In this document: in pieces, positions 9,780 to 18,427 of the stretch | Position numbering within the stretch: position 1 is the stretch's first letter | Layout of the letters: the number at the start of each line of letters is the position of its first letter | Assembly: GCA_963822585.1 (NCBI GenBank) | Contig: CAWGIE010000019.1 | Coordinates: forward strand, 249,300-313,299 | DNA: 64,000 bases | Source: an uncultured bacterium | GTDB taxonomy: Bacteria; Auribacterota; Erginobacteria; Erginobacterales; Erginobacteraceae | Direction: 5' to 3' | Position numbers and translations under genes: made by a program | The notes under the pieces: generated by a model | Databases searched by the model: none | Seen by the model: the letters and a program-made list of their open reading frames with translations, nothing else | Told to the model about the DNA's origin: nothing

Positions 9780-10958
9780 ATGTCCACTCATCCCGCATCC
9801 GGCCGAACGTATATCTACATCCATGACGAAGACTCCCTGAGCAAGTTCACCGGACGTCTGGCGGGCGCTCCCCGGGCGGCGGTTGACACGGAAGCCGACA
9901 GCCTCCATCACTACTACGAGAAGGTCTGCCTGATCCAGATCTCGATCTCCGGGGACACCTATATCGTCGATCCCCTGGCCGGGCTGAACCTGTCGGGCTT
10001 TCTCCGGGCACTGGCCGTCCGGCCGCTCATCCTGCACGACGCGGATTACGACCTGCGGATGCTCCGCTCTTCCTTCGACTTCCGGCCCCACGCCCCGATC
10101 TTCGACACCATGCTGGCTGCCCGGCTCCTCGGATATGAACGACTGGGCCTGGCCGCTCTCGCCGAGGAGATTTTGGGTGTTGTTCTGACCAAGGGCGGTC
10201 AGAAGTTCGACTGGTCCCGACGCCCCCTGCCCGGAGAAAAACTTCTTTATGCCGGCGACGATACCCGGTACCTGGAACCCCTGGCGGAGAGGCTGGAGGA
10301 AAACCTCCGTCAGCGCGGCCGCGAGGAATGGCACCGGGAAGCCTGCGCGGCGGTGGTCAGCAAAACCGGCCGGGATAAACCGGGCCCGGACCCCGATGAA
10401 GTCTGGCGGATCAAGGGCCTGTCAGATTTCAGCCGGGAACAGCTCTCCTTTGTCCGCGGCCTCTGGCACTGGCGGGAGAGAGAAGCCCGGCGGGCCGATC
10501 TTCCCCCGTTTAAAATCATGGGGAACGCCTTGCTGCTGGAAGTGGCTCTCTGGAGCAATACCCATCCCGGGCAGCCGGCGACGCGGGGACCGAAATTGCC
10601 GAGGAACTGCCGGGGAAAACGGCTGGATGCCCTGGAAAAAGTAATCGGAGAGGCGCGCGCCCTTTCTCCGGGAAGGCGCCCAGCCCTGAAGACACGGGGC
10701 CTCCGGCGGCCGCCGCTCTCGCAAGAGCAGGCCGCGCGCCTGGAGAAACTCCGGGGCGACGTGGTCCGGGCCGGGGGCGAGTTTGGTCTCTCGCCCTCTG
10801 TGCTCGCCCCCCGGAGCGCGCTGGAGTCCATCGTTCGGGGCAACGCGGTAACGGTCGAGGAGATGATGGAAAGCGGCCCCCTTCTCCGCTGGCAGGCCCG
10901 CCTGCTGGGAGAGGCAGTCCGGGGGGCAAGCGAAGCGGGTTCAGCTTTGAGCCCCTGA
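9780..10958 (+). CDS. rnd: Ribonuclease D (DEDD 3'-5' exonuclease plus HRDC domains).
   Basis: 392 aa. Motifs: AVDTEADSLHHYYEKVCLIQIS and LHDADYDLRML (Exo motifs); YAGDDTRYL; HRDC-like C-terminus. Confidence 0.85.
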   Translation: MSTHPASGRTYIYIHDEDSLSKFTGRLAGAPRAAVDTEADSLHHYYEKVCLIQISISGDTYIVDPLAGLNLSGFLRALAVRPLILHDADYDLRMLRSSFDFRPHAPIFDTMLAARLLGYERLGLAALAEEILGVVLTKGGQKFDWSRRPLPGEKLLYAGDDTRYLEPLAERLEENLRQRGREEWHREACAAVVSKTGRDKPGPDPDEVWRIKGLSDFSREQLSFVRGLWHWREREARRADLPPFKIMGNALLLEVALWSNTHPGQPATRGPKLPRNCRGKRLDALEKVIGEARALSPGRRPALKTRGLRRPPLSQEQAARLEKLRGDVVRAGGEFGLSPSVLAPRSALESIVRGNAVTVEEMMESGPLLRWQARLLGEAVRGASEAGSALSP

Positions 10959-11749
10959 ACCCTGAACCCTGAACCCTGGTCTCTGACCCCTGTTTCCGCC
11001 GGGTCCTGCCGGTAAAAGAGCTTGAGCTGCTCGTAAAGGTCAGGGTGTTTTTGCTGCAGTGGCCGGGGCTTTTCGAAAAAACATTCGGTGACCACGGCGA
11101 AGAACTCGGCCGGGGAGAGGGCCCCGTAGGGATCGATGTCGGTCCGGTGTCCCTTCCCGATCTCGCTCACCAGTTCCCGGTATTCTTCGCCCAGAACGCG
11201 CGCCCAGGCGGTGTATCGCGACCGATCGGGGAGAACCGGGGTCCCATCGGCATCGCCGTCTTCCTGGTCCAGCTGATGGGCGAACTCATGAAGAACCACG
11301 TTGTGGCCGTCGTTAAGGTCGGAGATACTTTTTTTTACATCGTCCCAGGAAAGAACTACCGCCCCCCGGGACCATGATTCGCCGGCCCGGGTCTCCGCGC
11401 CGTCCCGGATCAACCCTCCCGGGCTCCCCTTTTTCCCTTCCACCCGGTAGGCGTGGGGATAGACCAGGATCGAATCGAGCCGGGGGTAGTCGTCGTTCCG
11501 GCGATGGAGGAGGAGCAGGCAGGCCTGGGCCGCGATCGTGACCCGGATCTCGTCGGTCAGGGCGAGACCGCCGCAGCCTTCAAAGTGTTTTTCGTGGAGA
11601 AATACCTGGATATCTTCCAGCAGTTCTTTCCGGTCGGTTTCCGGGAGAACGCGGAAGCAGGGGACGCTCCTCTCCACAATCGGGAGCCACTCCGGCGGGA
11701 ACAGCCGGCGGCGGATCTTCTCCCGTCGTCTTTTCTTCAGTCCGAACAT
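10310..11749 (-). CDS. MtfA-like (peptidase M90 family) zinc peptidase. The reading frame has no stop at the expected C-terminus and runs about 215 codons antisense through rnd.
   Basis: From MFGLKKRRREK (ATG at 11749) it shows HEFAHQLD zinc-motif context, ...AEFFAVVTECFFEKP... and ...LYEQLKLFYRQDP. After about 10960 the translation turns Arg/Ser-rich, which is typical of an antisense frame. The true 3' end is unresolved. Confidence 0.6.
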   Translation of the reverse strand: MFGLKKRRREKIRRRLFPPEWLPIVERSVPCFRVLPETDRKELLEDIQVFLHEKHFEGCGGLALTDEIRVTIAAQACLLLLHRRNDDYPRLDSILVYPHAYRVEGKKGSPGGLIRDGAETRAGESWSRGAVVLSWDDVKKSISDLNDGHNVVLHEFAHQLDQEDGDADGTPVLPDRSRYTAWARVLGEEYRELVSEIGKGHRTDIDPYGALSPAEFFAVVTECFFEKPRPLQQKHPDLYEQLKLFYRQDPAETGVRDQGSGFRVQGLKAEPASLAPRTASPSRRACQRRRGPLSIISSTVTALPRTMDSSALRGASTEGERPNSPPARTTSPRSFSRRAACSCESGGRRRPRVFRAGRLPGERARASPITFSRASSRFPRQFLGNFGPRVAGCPGWVLLQRATSSSKAFPMILNGGRSARRASLSRQCQRPRTKESCSRLKSDRPLIRQTSSGSGPGLSRPVLLTTAAQASRCHSSRPR

Positions 11750-11830
11750 GGAGCAAACCGCACCTTGATTGAGGGGTATATCTTGCACGTGCGGCATCAA
11801 CGGTATTCCACGATCAATGAATTCCGTGTG

Positions 11831-11894
11831 AAGCTCGTAGTCAGGGCTTTAGCCCTGCCTCAGCCGGCAGGGCAAAGCCCTGCACTACGAGCTT
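11831..11894. repeat. Nested hairpin element: an 11-bp outer stem encloses two 6-bp hairpins.
   Basis: The outer stem is aagctcgtagt ... actacgagctt. It encloses cagggc-ttta-gccctg and cagggc-aaa-gccctg. An alternative pairing is ccctgcc-tcagcc-ggcaggg. Confidence 0.7.
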
Positions 11895-12047
11895 GCCCTG
11901 CCGAAGGAGAGGCTAACTCCGATTAAAACCACAAAGAACACGAAGATGATGCTGAGGAAAAACTATCCCTCTGCCTTACATTTTCTTGGTTGTTCGCAAG
12001 TCTTACTCGAAGAATTTTCGGCATGTCCTACCGTGGTTCATAATTGA

Positions 12048-12287
12048 TCAGTAGAGCCCGCGGAGGATCCCCTTGGCTTTTTCCAGGCGGGCCCGGTCTT
12101 CTCCCGCCAGGTTGGCCCCGGCCCGGTTGATATAGAAGTCCAGCCGGTCCATCGCCTGAGGCAGGCTGTCCGATGCCTTCTTCAGCCCCCGGGCGATCTC
12201 TCCGGCCGGCTTCTCGAAGAACCCCTCCGGGGGATGCCACTTCGTCTCCACCTTTTTCGACCACAGATCCTTTTTCTTCCCGCTCAT
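12048..12287 (-). CDS. DUF3175-like small protein.
   Basis: 79 aa from an ATG preceded by AAGGAGGG. The segment ...AMDRLDFYINRAGANLAGEDRARLEKAK... resembles my recollection of the DUF3175 family. Confidence 0.6.
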   Translation of the reverse strand: MSGKKKDLWSKKVETKWHPPEGFFEKPAGEIARGLKKASDSLPQAMDRLDFYINRAGANLAGEDRARLEKAKGILRGLY

Positions 12288-12771
12288 GCTGCCCTCCTTT
12301 ATAATTCGCGCTCGCTGCGCGTTTTCTGCCACCAAGACACAAAGGCACCAAGTAAATAATCAGGATACAATCTTATCCCTTTTCCCAGCTTATTGGTACT
12401 TTTTTATCCCAAATTTATTTATCAAATTATTGATAATAGCCCCGGCCAGCAGCGGGGTGATGGCGGTCCCCCTATTGAAGGCGCTGCTGCGCAGCCGGAT
12501 AACCAACCCCCCTTTCTCGAGCACAGCTCCAATGTCGAAGCCGACCGGGAAGGCAACCGTCGACCCGGCCAGAAAGAGGGCGGAGAGGCTCCCGCACCCG
12601 GGGAAAAGAGGAGCTCGACCGCAATGATCAGCATCTTTTTTCGCTGCATCTCAGACCCCTCAGGATTACTGACGGGTGCCGCGCATCCTCCCATCAACTC
12701 GCGGTAATTGTATCATTGTCAAGGGGAGATGGGTAAGTATAAATGGCAAGTCGTGAGCAAGTCCGCGGTTA

Positions 12772-13710
12772 TCAGGCTCTCTCAAGCCACACATATCGGC
12801 TCAGTTTGGTGCGAAGCATTTCTTCCAGGTTTGGCCGGTCTTTCCGATAAAGAGAGATCAGCCGTTTGCCCTCCTGCTGGTAGAGTTTAAGCTTTTTCAT
12901 CATCCCGATCCTGTAGTCGATCGTATCCATTCCCCAGTACTCAATATAAACGTCGAACTCGGGAAGATAAAAATCCGGCCGGACCGCGTACCCTTCGATG
13001 ATCCGCATGCGCTCGTCATAGCGGTAGGCAACGCCGTGCCTGCCGAGATACTCTGCGATCCTGCGCTCACCGTCGGACTGCACGAAGGAGCCATTCCGTG
13101 TTCTGATAGTCTTGTTCAGTTCAACCCGGGTGTCGAAGTTGCGGCGCTCAAGATAAACCTCATCAAAGCATTTGTCGCAGAAGACGCGCTGGAAGGCACG
13201 TTGGCTCCGGGCGTATTCATCCGTGTCCACCCGGGCACCGCAGCGCCGACAGTGGTGCCGGGCCTGCTCTGCCGCAATCCGGATCGCTTCCCGGATGATC
13301 TTTCCAGCAGTGCGCACGCTTCGCTTCACATAATCTTTCTCTGTCGGATTACGATAAAGATCACGCAGATCACTCAGAGCTGCCCGGGCGTGGACTCCAA
13401 ACGCCCCCAGCGCCTTAGAGGCATACTGGCGGACCTGCGGGTGCTTATCTCCAAGCAGGGGTCGCAAAGTAGATATGGCTGGTTCCGGGGGAACGATACC
13501 CGCCAGTTTCCCCAACGCCGAGGCCGCCAGTCGACGAACCAGTGCCGAGTTCGAGCCGGTCAACGTCGCCAGTTCATCAAACGCGTCGGCATTTGCGCTC
13601 CTGCCCAGAGAAGTAGCCCGCGAGGCCAGGCTTTTTTCATTTGCGCGATCCATCTTTCTATCCCGATAGTATGACTTGTTCCGTGTCCTGAGGACGCTCC
13701 ACGGCGTCAT
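12772..13710 (-). CDS. HEAT-repeat protein with a central Cys4 zinc ribbon and a C-terminal PD-(D/E)XK-like module.
   Basis: 312 aa. HEAT-like repeats (ALVRRLAASALGKL / HPQVRQYASKALGAF); CRRCG...CDKC; C-terminal SDGERRIAEYLGRHGVAYRYDE...RPDFYLPEFDVYIEYWG...KKLKLYQQEGKRLISLY. The start codon is uncertain. Confidence 0.55.
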   Translation of the reverse strand: MTPWSVLRTRNKSYYRDRKMDRANEKSLASRATSLGRSANADAFDELATLTGSNSALVRRLAASALGKLAGIVPPEPAISTLRPLLGDKHPQVRQYASKALGAFGVHARAALSDLRDLYRNPTEKDYVKRSVRTAGKIIREAIRIAAEQARHHCRRCGARVDTDEYARSQRAFQRVFCDKCFDEVYLERRNFDTRVELNKTIRTRNGSFVQSDGERRIAEYLGRHGVAYRYDERMRIIEGYAVRPDFYLPEFDVYIEYWGMDTIDYRIGMMKKLKLYQQEGKRLISLYRKDRPNLEEMLRTKLSRYVWLERA

Positions 13711-13933
13711 TCGGCGATGGTGCGGCCAGAGGAAGTCGGAACGACGCCCCGGAGGCCGCGCGGCCGGAACGGCCGGCTATCCAGGATCAAAGTTTTCAGC
13801 AAGATTTTTTTATTAACGGCAACTAACAGTCGTAGATACGGGTTATTTTATTCCCGTTTATTATAATAATAGTGATTTTTTGCAACCCGGGGCATATTCT
13901 TCGTGACCGGAGTCTACCCCCGAAGAATTCGGG

Positions 13934-15268
13934 GTGACCTTCGTGGTGAATAATAGCCGCCGGAAAGGCAGGTCCCTCGCTGTGACGAACGGGAACAAAA
14001 AAGCGATCTTCGGCTGGGCGCTCTATGACTGGGCCAACTCGGCCTTCGCCACCACGGTGATGGCCGGGTTCTTCCCCCTCTTCTTCAAGGGCTACTGGTC
14101 CGCCGGAAGCGACTCCTCGGTCAGTACCGCCCGGCTGGGGCTGGCCAACTCGATCGCCGGGATCGTCCTCGCCCTCCTCGCCCCTCTTCTGGGCGCGATC
14201 GCCGATCGGGGAGCGGCAAAGAAACGCTTCCTCCTCTGTTTCTCCTACCTGGGAGTGGTGATGACCGTCTCCCTCTGCCTGGTCGCCCGGGGAAACTGGC
14301 CCCTGGGCGCTTTTCTCTATATTCTCTCCGTGATCGGGTTCTCGGGGAGCAATGTCTTCTATGACGCCCTCCTTCCCATCGTCGCCGGCCGAGAAAAGCT
14401 GGATACCGTCTCCGCCCTTGGATACGCCCTCGGCTACCTGGGAGGCGGCCTCCTCTTTGCCTTTAATGTCTGGATGATTCTGCGGCCGCCCCTCTTCGGC
14501 TTCTCCGGTCCCGAAGCGGCGGTTCGGTTCTCGTTCCTGACCGTGGGAATCTGGTGGGCGGTCTTCACCCTCCCCCTCCTCTTCTTCGTGAAGGAGCCCC
14601 GGACGAGGGACCGGGCGACCGGCTGGGCGGCGGTCCGGGCGGGACTGGGGCAGCTCGTCCACACTCTCCGGGAGATCCGGCGGCTGAAGACGGTATTTCT
14701 CTTTCTAACCGCCTACTGGCTCTATATCGATGGGGTGGACACGATCGTGCGGATGGCGGTCGACTACGGACTATCACTCGGTTTCGATCAGGAGAAGCTG
14801 ATCCTGGCCCTGCTGCTCACCCAGTTCGTCGGCTTCCCGGCCGCGCTCGCTTTCGGCTGGCTGGGGAAACGGATTGGCCCCCGAAGAGGGATTCTGATCG
14901 CCCTTGCCGGGTATCTCCTGATCACTCTCTGGGGAACCTTGCTTCGCAATACCTTCGAGTTCTTTATACTGGCCGGTGCCGTCGGTCTGGTCCAGGGGGG
15001 AATCCAGGCGCTGAGCCGTTCCTACTACGCCCGTCTGATCCCGCCCGATAAAACCGGTGAGTTTTTCGGGTTCTATAACCTGGTGGGTAAGTTCGCGGTG
15101 GTGCTTGGCCCGGTCACCGTGGGGGCGGTCGCTCTTTGCGCCCGTTCACTGGGCGCGGGCGGCGGCGGTGCCGCCCGGATCGGCATCGCTTCTATCGCCT
15201 TCTTCTTCCTGGCCGGGGGAGCGCTCTTTCTGGCGATTACACCGGAAGGAAGAAGAAGTCAACGGTAA
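13934..15268 (+). CDS. MFS transporter, UMF1 (Atg22-like) family.
   Basis: 444 aa with about 12 TM helices. The N-terminal signature is FGWALYDWANSAFATTVMAGFFPLFF. It has a GTG start in the track, and the exact start is uncertain. Confidence 0.75.
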   Translation: MTFVVNNSRRKGRSLAVTNGNKKAIFGWALYDWANSAFATTVMAGFFPLFFKGYWSAGSDSSVSTARLGLANSIAGIVLALLAPLLGAIADRGAAKKRFLLCFSYLGVVMTVSLCLVARGNWPLGAFLYILSVIGFSGSNVFYDALLPIVAGREKLDTVSALGYALGYLGGGLLFAFNVWMILRPPLFGFSGPEAAVRFSFLTVGIWWAVFTLPLLFFVKEPRTRDRATGWAAVRAGLGQLVHTLREIRRLKTVFLFLTAYWLYIDGVDTIVRMAVDYGLSLGFDQEKLILALLLTQFVGFPAALAFGWLGKRIGPRRGILIALAGYLLITLWGTLLRNTFEFFILAGAVGLVQGGIQALSRSYYARLIPPDKTGEFFGFYNLVGKFAVVLGPVTVGAVALCARSLGAGGGGAARIGIASIAFFFLAGGALFLAITPEGRRSQR

Positions 15269-15337
15269 AAACGATGTACGTTTCTTGGGCGTGGTCCTTT
15301 GCCGACAGCCGGAGGAGGGTCGGGACGGATTCCGGAT

Positions 15338-15914
15338 TTACACCTGCCGGTGTCTTTTGCCGCGGGGAAATGTACGGTGGTGAAGGAGGATGGACCCGAC
15401 CGCCCCGGCCACCACCAGGACAATGCCGGCCACCGTTACCAGGTCGGGGACCAATCCCCAGAAGACCAGTCGATCAGGCTCTCGAAGAAGACGATGACCG
15501 GCGTCGGGAGACCGGTATGTGATACCCCCTTGATTAGGAGCCTGTCCGAGTAATGGCTCTCGACGCGTTTCGAGCGCCGGGCAGCTGGATGCAAGGCGCG
15601 GCGACACAGGCGATGCTGAATGCATCGTCGAGGAGCCGTAACGCAGCGGACGGCTGCCCGCCGCCGAAACCCTTTGGGCAACCGCCACTTACGGCGCGAC
15701 TCTGCGTTGCTGCGGCCTCGTAGTACCGCAGAGGGTACGACTTCGGCCTCGCGCCTTGATTCGCTTGCAAGTGGCGGGCTGCGCGTCAGAGATCATTACT
15801 CGGACAGGCTCCTGGGGCCAGAGCGCTGCCGACGGCGACGAAGAAAAAGGCCGTGATCATGCAGGCCACGCCAAGGGCAACATGCTGGCCGACTGTGGGT
15901 TTGTCTCTCTTCAT
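15338..15914 (-). pseudogene. Small DMT/EamA-like membrane ORF, disrupted by a TIR element and by at least one frameshift.
   Basis: The upstream part (ATG at 15914) reads MKRDKPTVGQHVALGVACMITAFFFVAVGSALAP. The downstream part reads ...TPVIVFFESLIDW, then a frame change, then LVFWGLVPDLVTVAGIVLVVAGAVG, which is an EamA-type C-terminal helix pattern. The two parts are separated by element 15536-15813. Confidence 0.35.
15536..15813. mobile_element. MITE-like element of about 278 bp with 20-bp perfect terminal inverted repeats.
   Basis: The left end is aggagcctgtccgagtaatg (15536-15555). The right end is cattactcggacaggctcct (15794-15813), its exact reverse complement. The GC-rich interior is self-complementary and has no transposase ORF. 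Confidence 0.6.
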
Positions 15915-15959
15915 GGCCGCTTCCCCCGGTCATCTTCCTGTTTCCACGACGGGCGGTTT

Positions 15960-17696
15960 TCAATGAAGCTCTGCCATTGCCCGGGCGATCCCGGTGAAGA
16001 GAGCGGGAGCCCCGCGGCGGAGGTTCCGGAGGCTGTATCCCCCCTCCTGCACTACCAGCAGAGGAAGACGGAGTTCGCCGAGCCGGACTCCGATCTTTTC
16101 CATCGTCCCCGCCGTGAGCAGAAACGATCCGGTCGGATCGCCCCGGAGCGTGTCGAGGCCGAATGAAAGGACCAGGAACGAGGGACGGTAGCGCTGGATG
16201 CGTTTCACCGCCCTCTCGAATGCTTCCAGGTATACGTTTTCGTCTGCACCGGCGGGCAGGGGATAATTTTTGTTAAACCCCTGGCCGGGTCCCTCCCCGG
16301 TTTCGTCGGCGAAGCCGCTGAAGTGGGGATAGGCGATAGACGGGTGCCCGTGGATCGATATCGTCAGCACATCCTCCCGGCGGTAGAATACATCCTGGGT
16401 GCCGTTGCCGTGGTGATAGTCGATGTCGAGGACGGCGACCCGGCCCCATTTGCTGAGCTGCTGGGCGGCGATGGCGGCGTTGTTGAAGTAACAGAAACCG
16501 CCGAAGGTCCGGGGCCCGGCGTGGTGGCCGGGCGGACGGCAGAGAGCATAGGCGACCCGACGGCCGGACAGGATCTCGTCCATCGCGGTCAGGACCACGT
16601 CAACCGCCGATCGGGCCGCCTGATAGGCGTTGCGATCGAGGGGGGTGAAGGTGTCCACGCAGTAGTAACCCGCGCGGACGGCCAGGTCCTTCGGTCTCCG
16701 TTCCGGATGGCGGATGGGGAAGACGTAGGGATAGACCGGCTGCTTGCCCGCGAACTTCTGGCAGACGGCCTTCAGATAGTTAACGAAGTCGGCCGCGTGA
16801 ATCTCGCGTACCGCTCCTTCCCCGAAGTGACGAGGCGGAACGGCGGCGAAAAGACCCGTAGGCCCGAGCCCCTCGAGGATCGCTTCCACCCGGGCAGGGC
16901 GTTCCACGTAGCCACGCTGATGGACCAGATGAACGCTTTGCTGATCGCTGCTGATCCGGGCGAAGGGTTTCTCCAACCGCCCGGGCGTCACTTCCCGGGG
17001 CTGATCGGCAGTCTTGATGTACCGGGGGGGGCGGAACCGGACCGGATCATCGGTGAACGACCGAACGACCTCCTCGATATACTCGGGGCTGACGGTTTTC
17101 CCGTGCTTACGCTGGATGATCAACCGGGCCGCGGCGCGGGCTTCTTCCCGGCCCAGGGGGTCCGGACGCCCCAGACTGTCGAAGAGGAGATAGCCGGCGC
17201 GGAGATTGGGGGCCGGATTGTCGTAGGCCGTGCCGACGATCGGGCGGATCCCGTACTGCTCGTAGAAACGAAGCCGGCGGCGGTTCTCTTTCAGAACGCC
17301 GGGATCCCCGACCAGGGCCGGGTCATCGGGGAGGACCTCGATGTAGAGTCCCCGGGAGCCGAGATCCACCAGATATTCCCGGGTTGCCTCGTAGAGGGCG
17401 CCCCCGAGACCGGCGCCCCGCGTCCCCGGGCGGACGGCCAGATAATCAAGAAACGAACTGTTGATCTCGGGAAAGTGGAGAAAGAACGAGAAACCGGTGA
17501 CGGCACCCCGGGCGTTCTCCGAGACCAGCAGCATCGAACGGTAGCCGTACTTGAACGGGTTATCAAGGAGATCGGGGATCTTCTCGGCATAGCCGGTAAC
17601 GTACGGGAAGTTGGGACGAAAGATGGCCTGGACCTGCTCGATGCGGAGCCGGTCGGAAGGGAGCGCCGCGCTGTATACTCGCCGGATACGGATCAT
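15960..17696 (-). CDS. Fusion of a GNAT-like acetyltransferase domain to a histone deacetylase / acetylpolyamine amidohydrolase family domain.
   Basis: 578 aa. The N-terminus has LAVRPGTRGAGLGGALY (GNAT motif A-like). The C-terminus has CRPPGHHAG...GFCYFNNAAIAA...LDIDYHHGNGTQ...ISIHG, which are arginase/deacetylase-fold signatures. Confidence 0.8.
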   Translation of the reverse strand: MIRIRRVYSAALPSDRLRIEQVQAIFRPNFPYVTGYAEKIPDLLDNPFKYGYRSMLLVSENARGAVTGFSFFLHFPEINSSFLDYLAVRPGTRGAGLGGALYEATREYLVDLGSRGLYIEVLPDDPALVGDPGVLKENRRRLRFYEQYGIRPIVGTAYDNPAPNLRAGYLLFDSLGRPDPLGREEARAAARLIIQRKHGKTVSPEYIEEVVRSFTDDPVRFRPPRYIKTADQPREVTPGRLEKPFARISSDQQSVHLVHQRGYVERPARVEAILEGLGPTGLFAAVPPRHFGEGAVREIHAADFVNYLKAVCQKFAGKQPVYPYVFPIRHPERRPKDLAVRAGYYCVDTFTPLDRNAYQAARSAVDVVLTAMDEILSGRRVAYALCRPPGHHAGPRTFGGFCYFNNAAIAAQQLSKWGRVAVLDIDYHHGNGTQDVFYRREDVLTISIHGHPSIAYPHFSGFADETGEGPGQGFNKNYPLPAGADENVYLEAFERAVKRIQRYRPSFLVLSFGLDTLRGDPTGSFLLTAGTMEKIGVRLGELRLPLLVVQEGGYSLRNLRRGAPALFTGIARAMAELH

Positions 17697-18043
17697 GGTA
17701 TCACTGCCCCCAACCCCGGCGCCGGGTAATGGTCAGCAAGGAGAACCGGGGAGAAAGTAAAAGTGTATACGGTTTTTATTCATTATACCGTACAATGGGA
17801 CAAAATCACGGAAAAAATCCCGCCGCATTACATCACTCCAACACTCCATCACTCCGCTATTCCTGTACTTTCTAATCCCGTCGCTCATCTCTGATCTTGG
17901 ATTTCCTTCAGTTGCTCCTTTTGGAAATATATATTTTCCTCTTGACCCCTTCCCCCAGCCGTGACATATACCTCCTTCGTGCAACCGGGAGAAATCCTCC
18001 CGGATAAACGAAAGAACCTACAGGGTATAAGGAGAAGATCATC

Positions 18044-18412
18044 ATGGCAGTGAAAAAGACTCAGAAAGCAACCGGCACGGGGAAGAGCAAGGCTACCGCC
18101 GGGAAGACATCCCCCCGGAAACCGGCGGTGAAGAAGTCCGCCCCGAAAAAGGCGGCGGTGACGGAAGCGGCGGCGAAGAAGACGGTGAAAAGAGTCGCCC
18201 CGAAGAAAGCTGCAGCGCAAAAGCCGTCTGTTAGTGCGGCGGCGGTGAAAAAAGTTACCCCGGCCCCCACGGTCCGGCCGCTGGACCGGGCCGAGTTTCA
18301 CCGGCGGGTCCGGGTAACGGCATACTATAAATTCGTGAAACGAGGATACCGCCACGGAAAGCACATAAGCGACTGGTACGAGGCGGAGAAGGAGATCACC
18401 TCGAAACTCTAA
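18044..18412 (+). CDS. Histone H1-like Lys/Ala-rich protein with a DUF2934-like C-terminal domain.
   Basis: 122 aa. AKK/PKK-rich N-terminal 75 aa; C-terminus RVRVTAYYKFVKRGYRHGKHISDWYEAEKEI. An SD (TAAGGAGAAG) lies upstream and an intrinsic terminator lies downstream. Confidence 0.7.
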   Translation: MAVKKTQKATGTGKSKATAGKTSPRKPAVKKSAPKKAAVTEAAAKKTVKRVAPKKAAAQKPSVSAAAVKKVTPAPTVRPLDRAEFHRRVRVTAYYKFVKRGYRHGKHISDWYEAEKEITSKL

Positions 18413-18427
18413 GCGTACGCAGTCCGG

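Noticed and set aside
10953-10979. (TGAACCC)3 looks like a telomere-type heptamer.
   Set aside because: There are only three copies, they are internal to the contig at a convergent gene junction, and other short word repeats surround them. It is better explained as one more member of the local word-repeat class.
12400-12650. A possible small exported protein on the minus strand. It starts MQRKKMLIIAVELLFSPGAGA..., continues ...SLSALFLAGSTVAFPVGFDIGAVLEKGG..., and ends ...TAITPLLAGAIINNLINKFGIKKYQ.
   Set aside because: The three plausible segments lie in three different frames, so two frameshifts at homopolymer runs are needed within 260 nt. I recognised no family signature. It may be a decayed gene or an error-affected one, but I cannot support a call.
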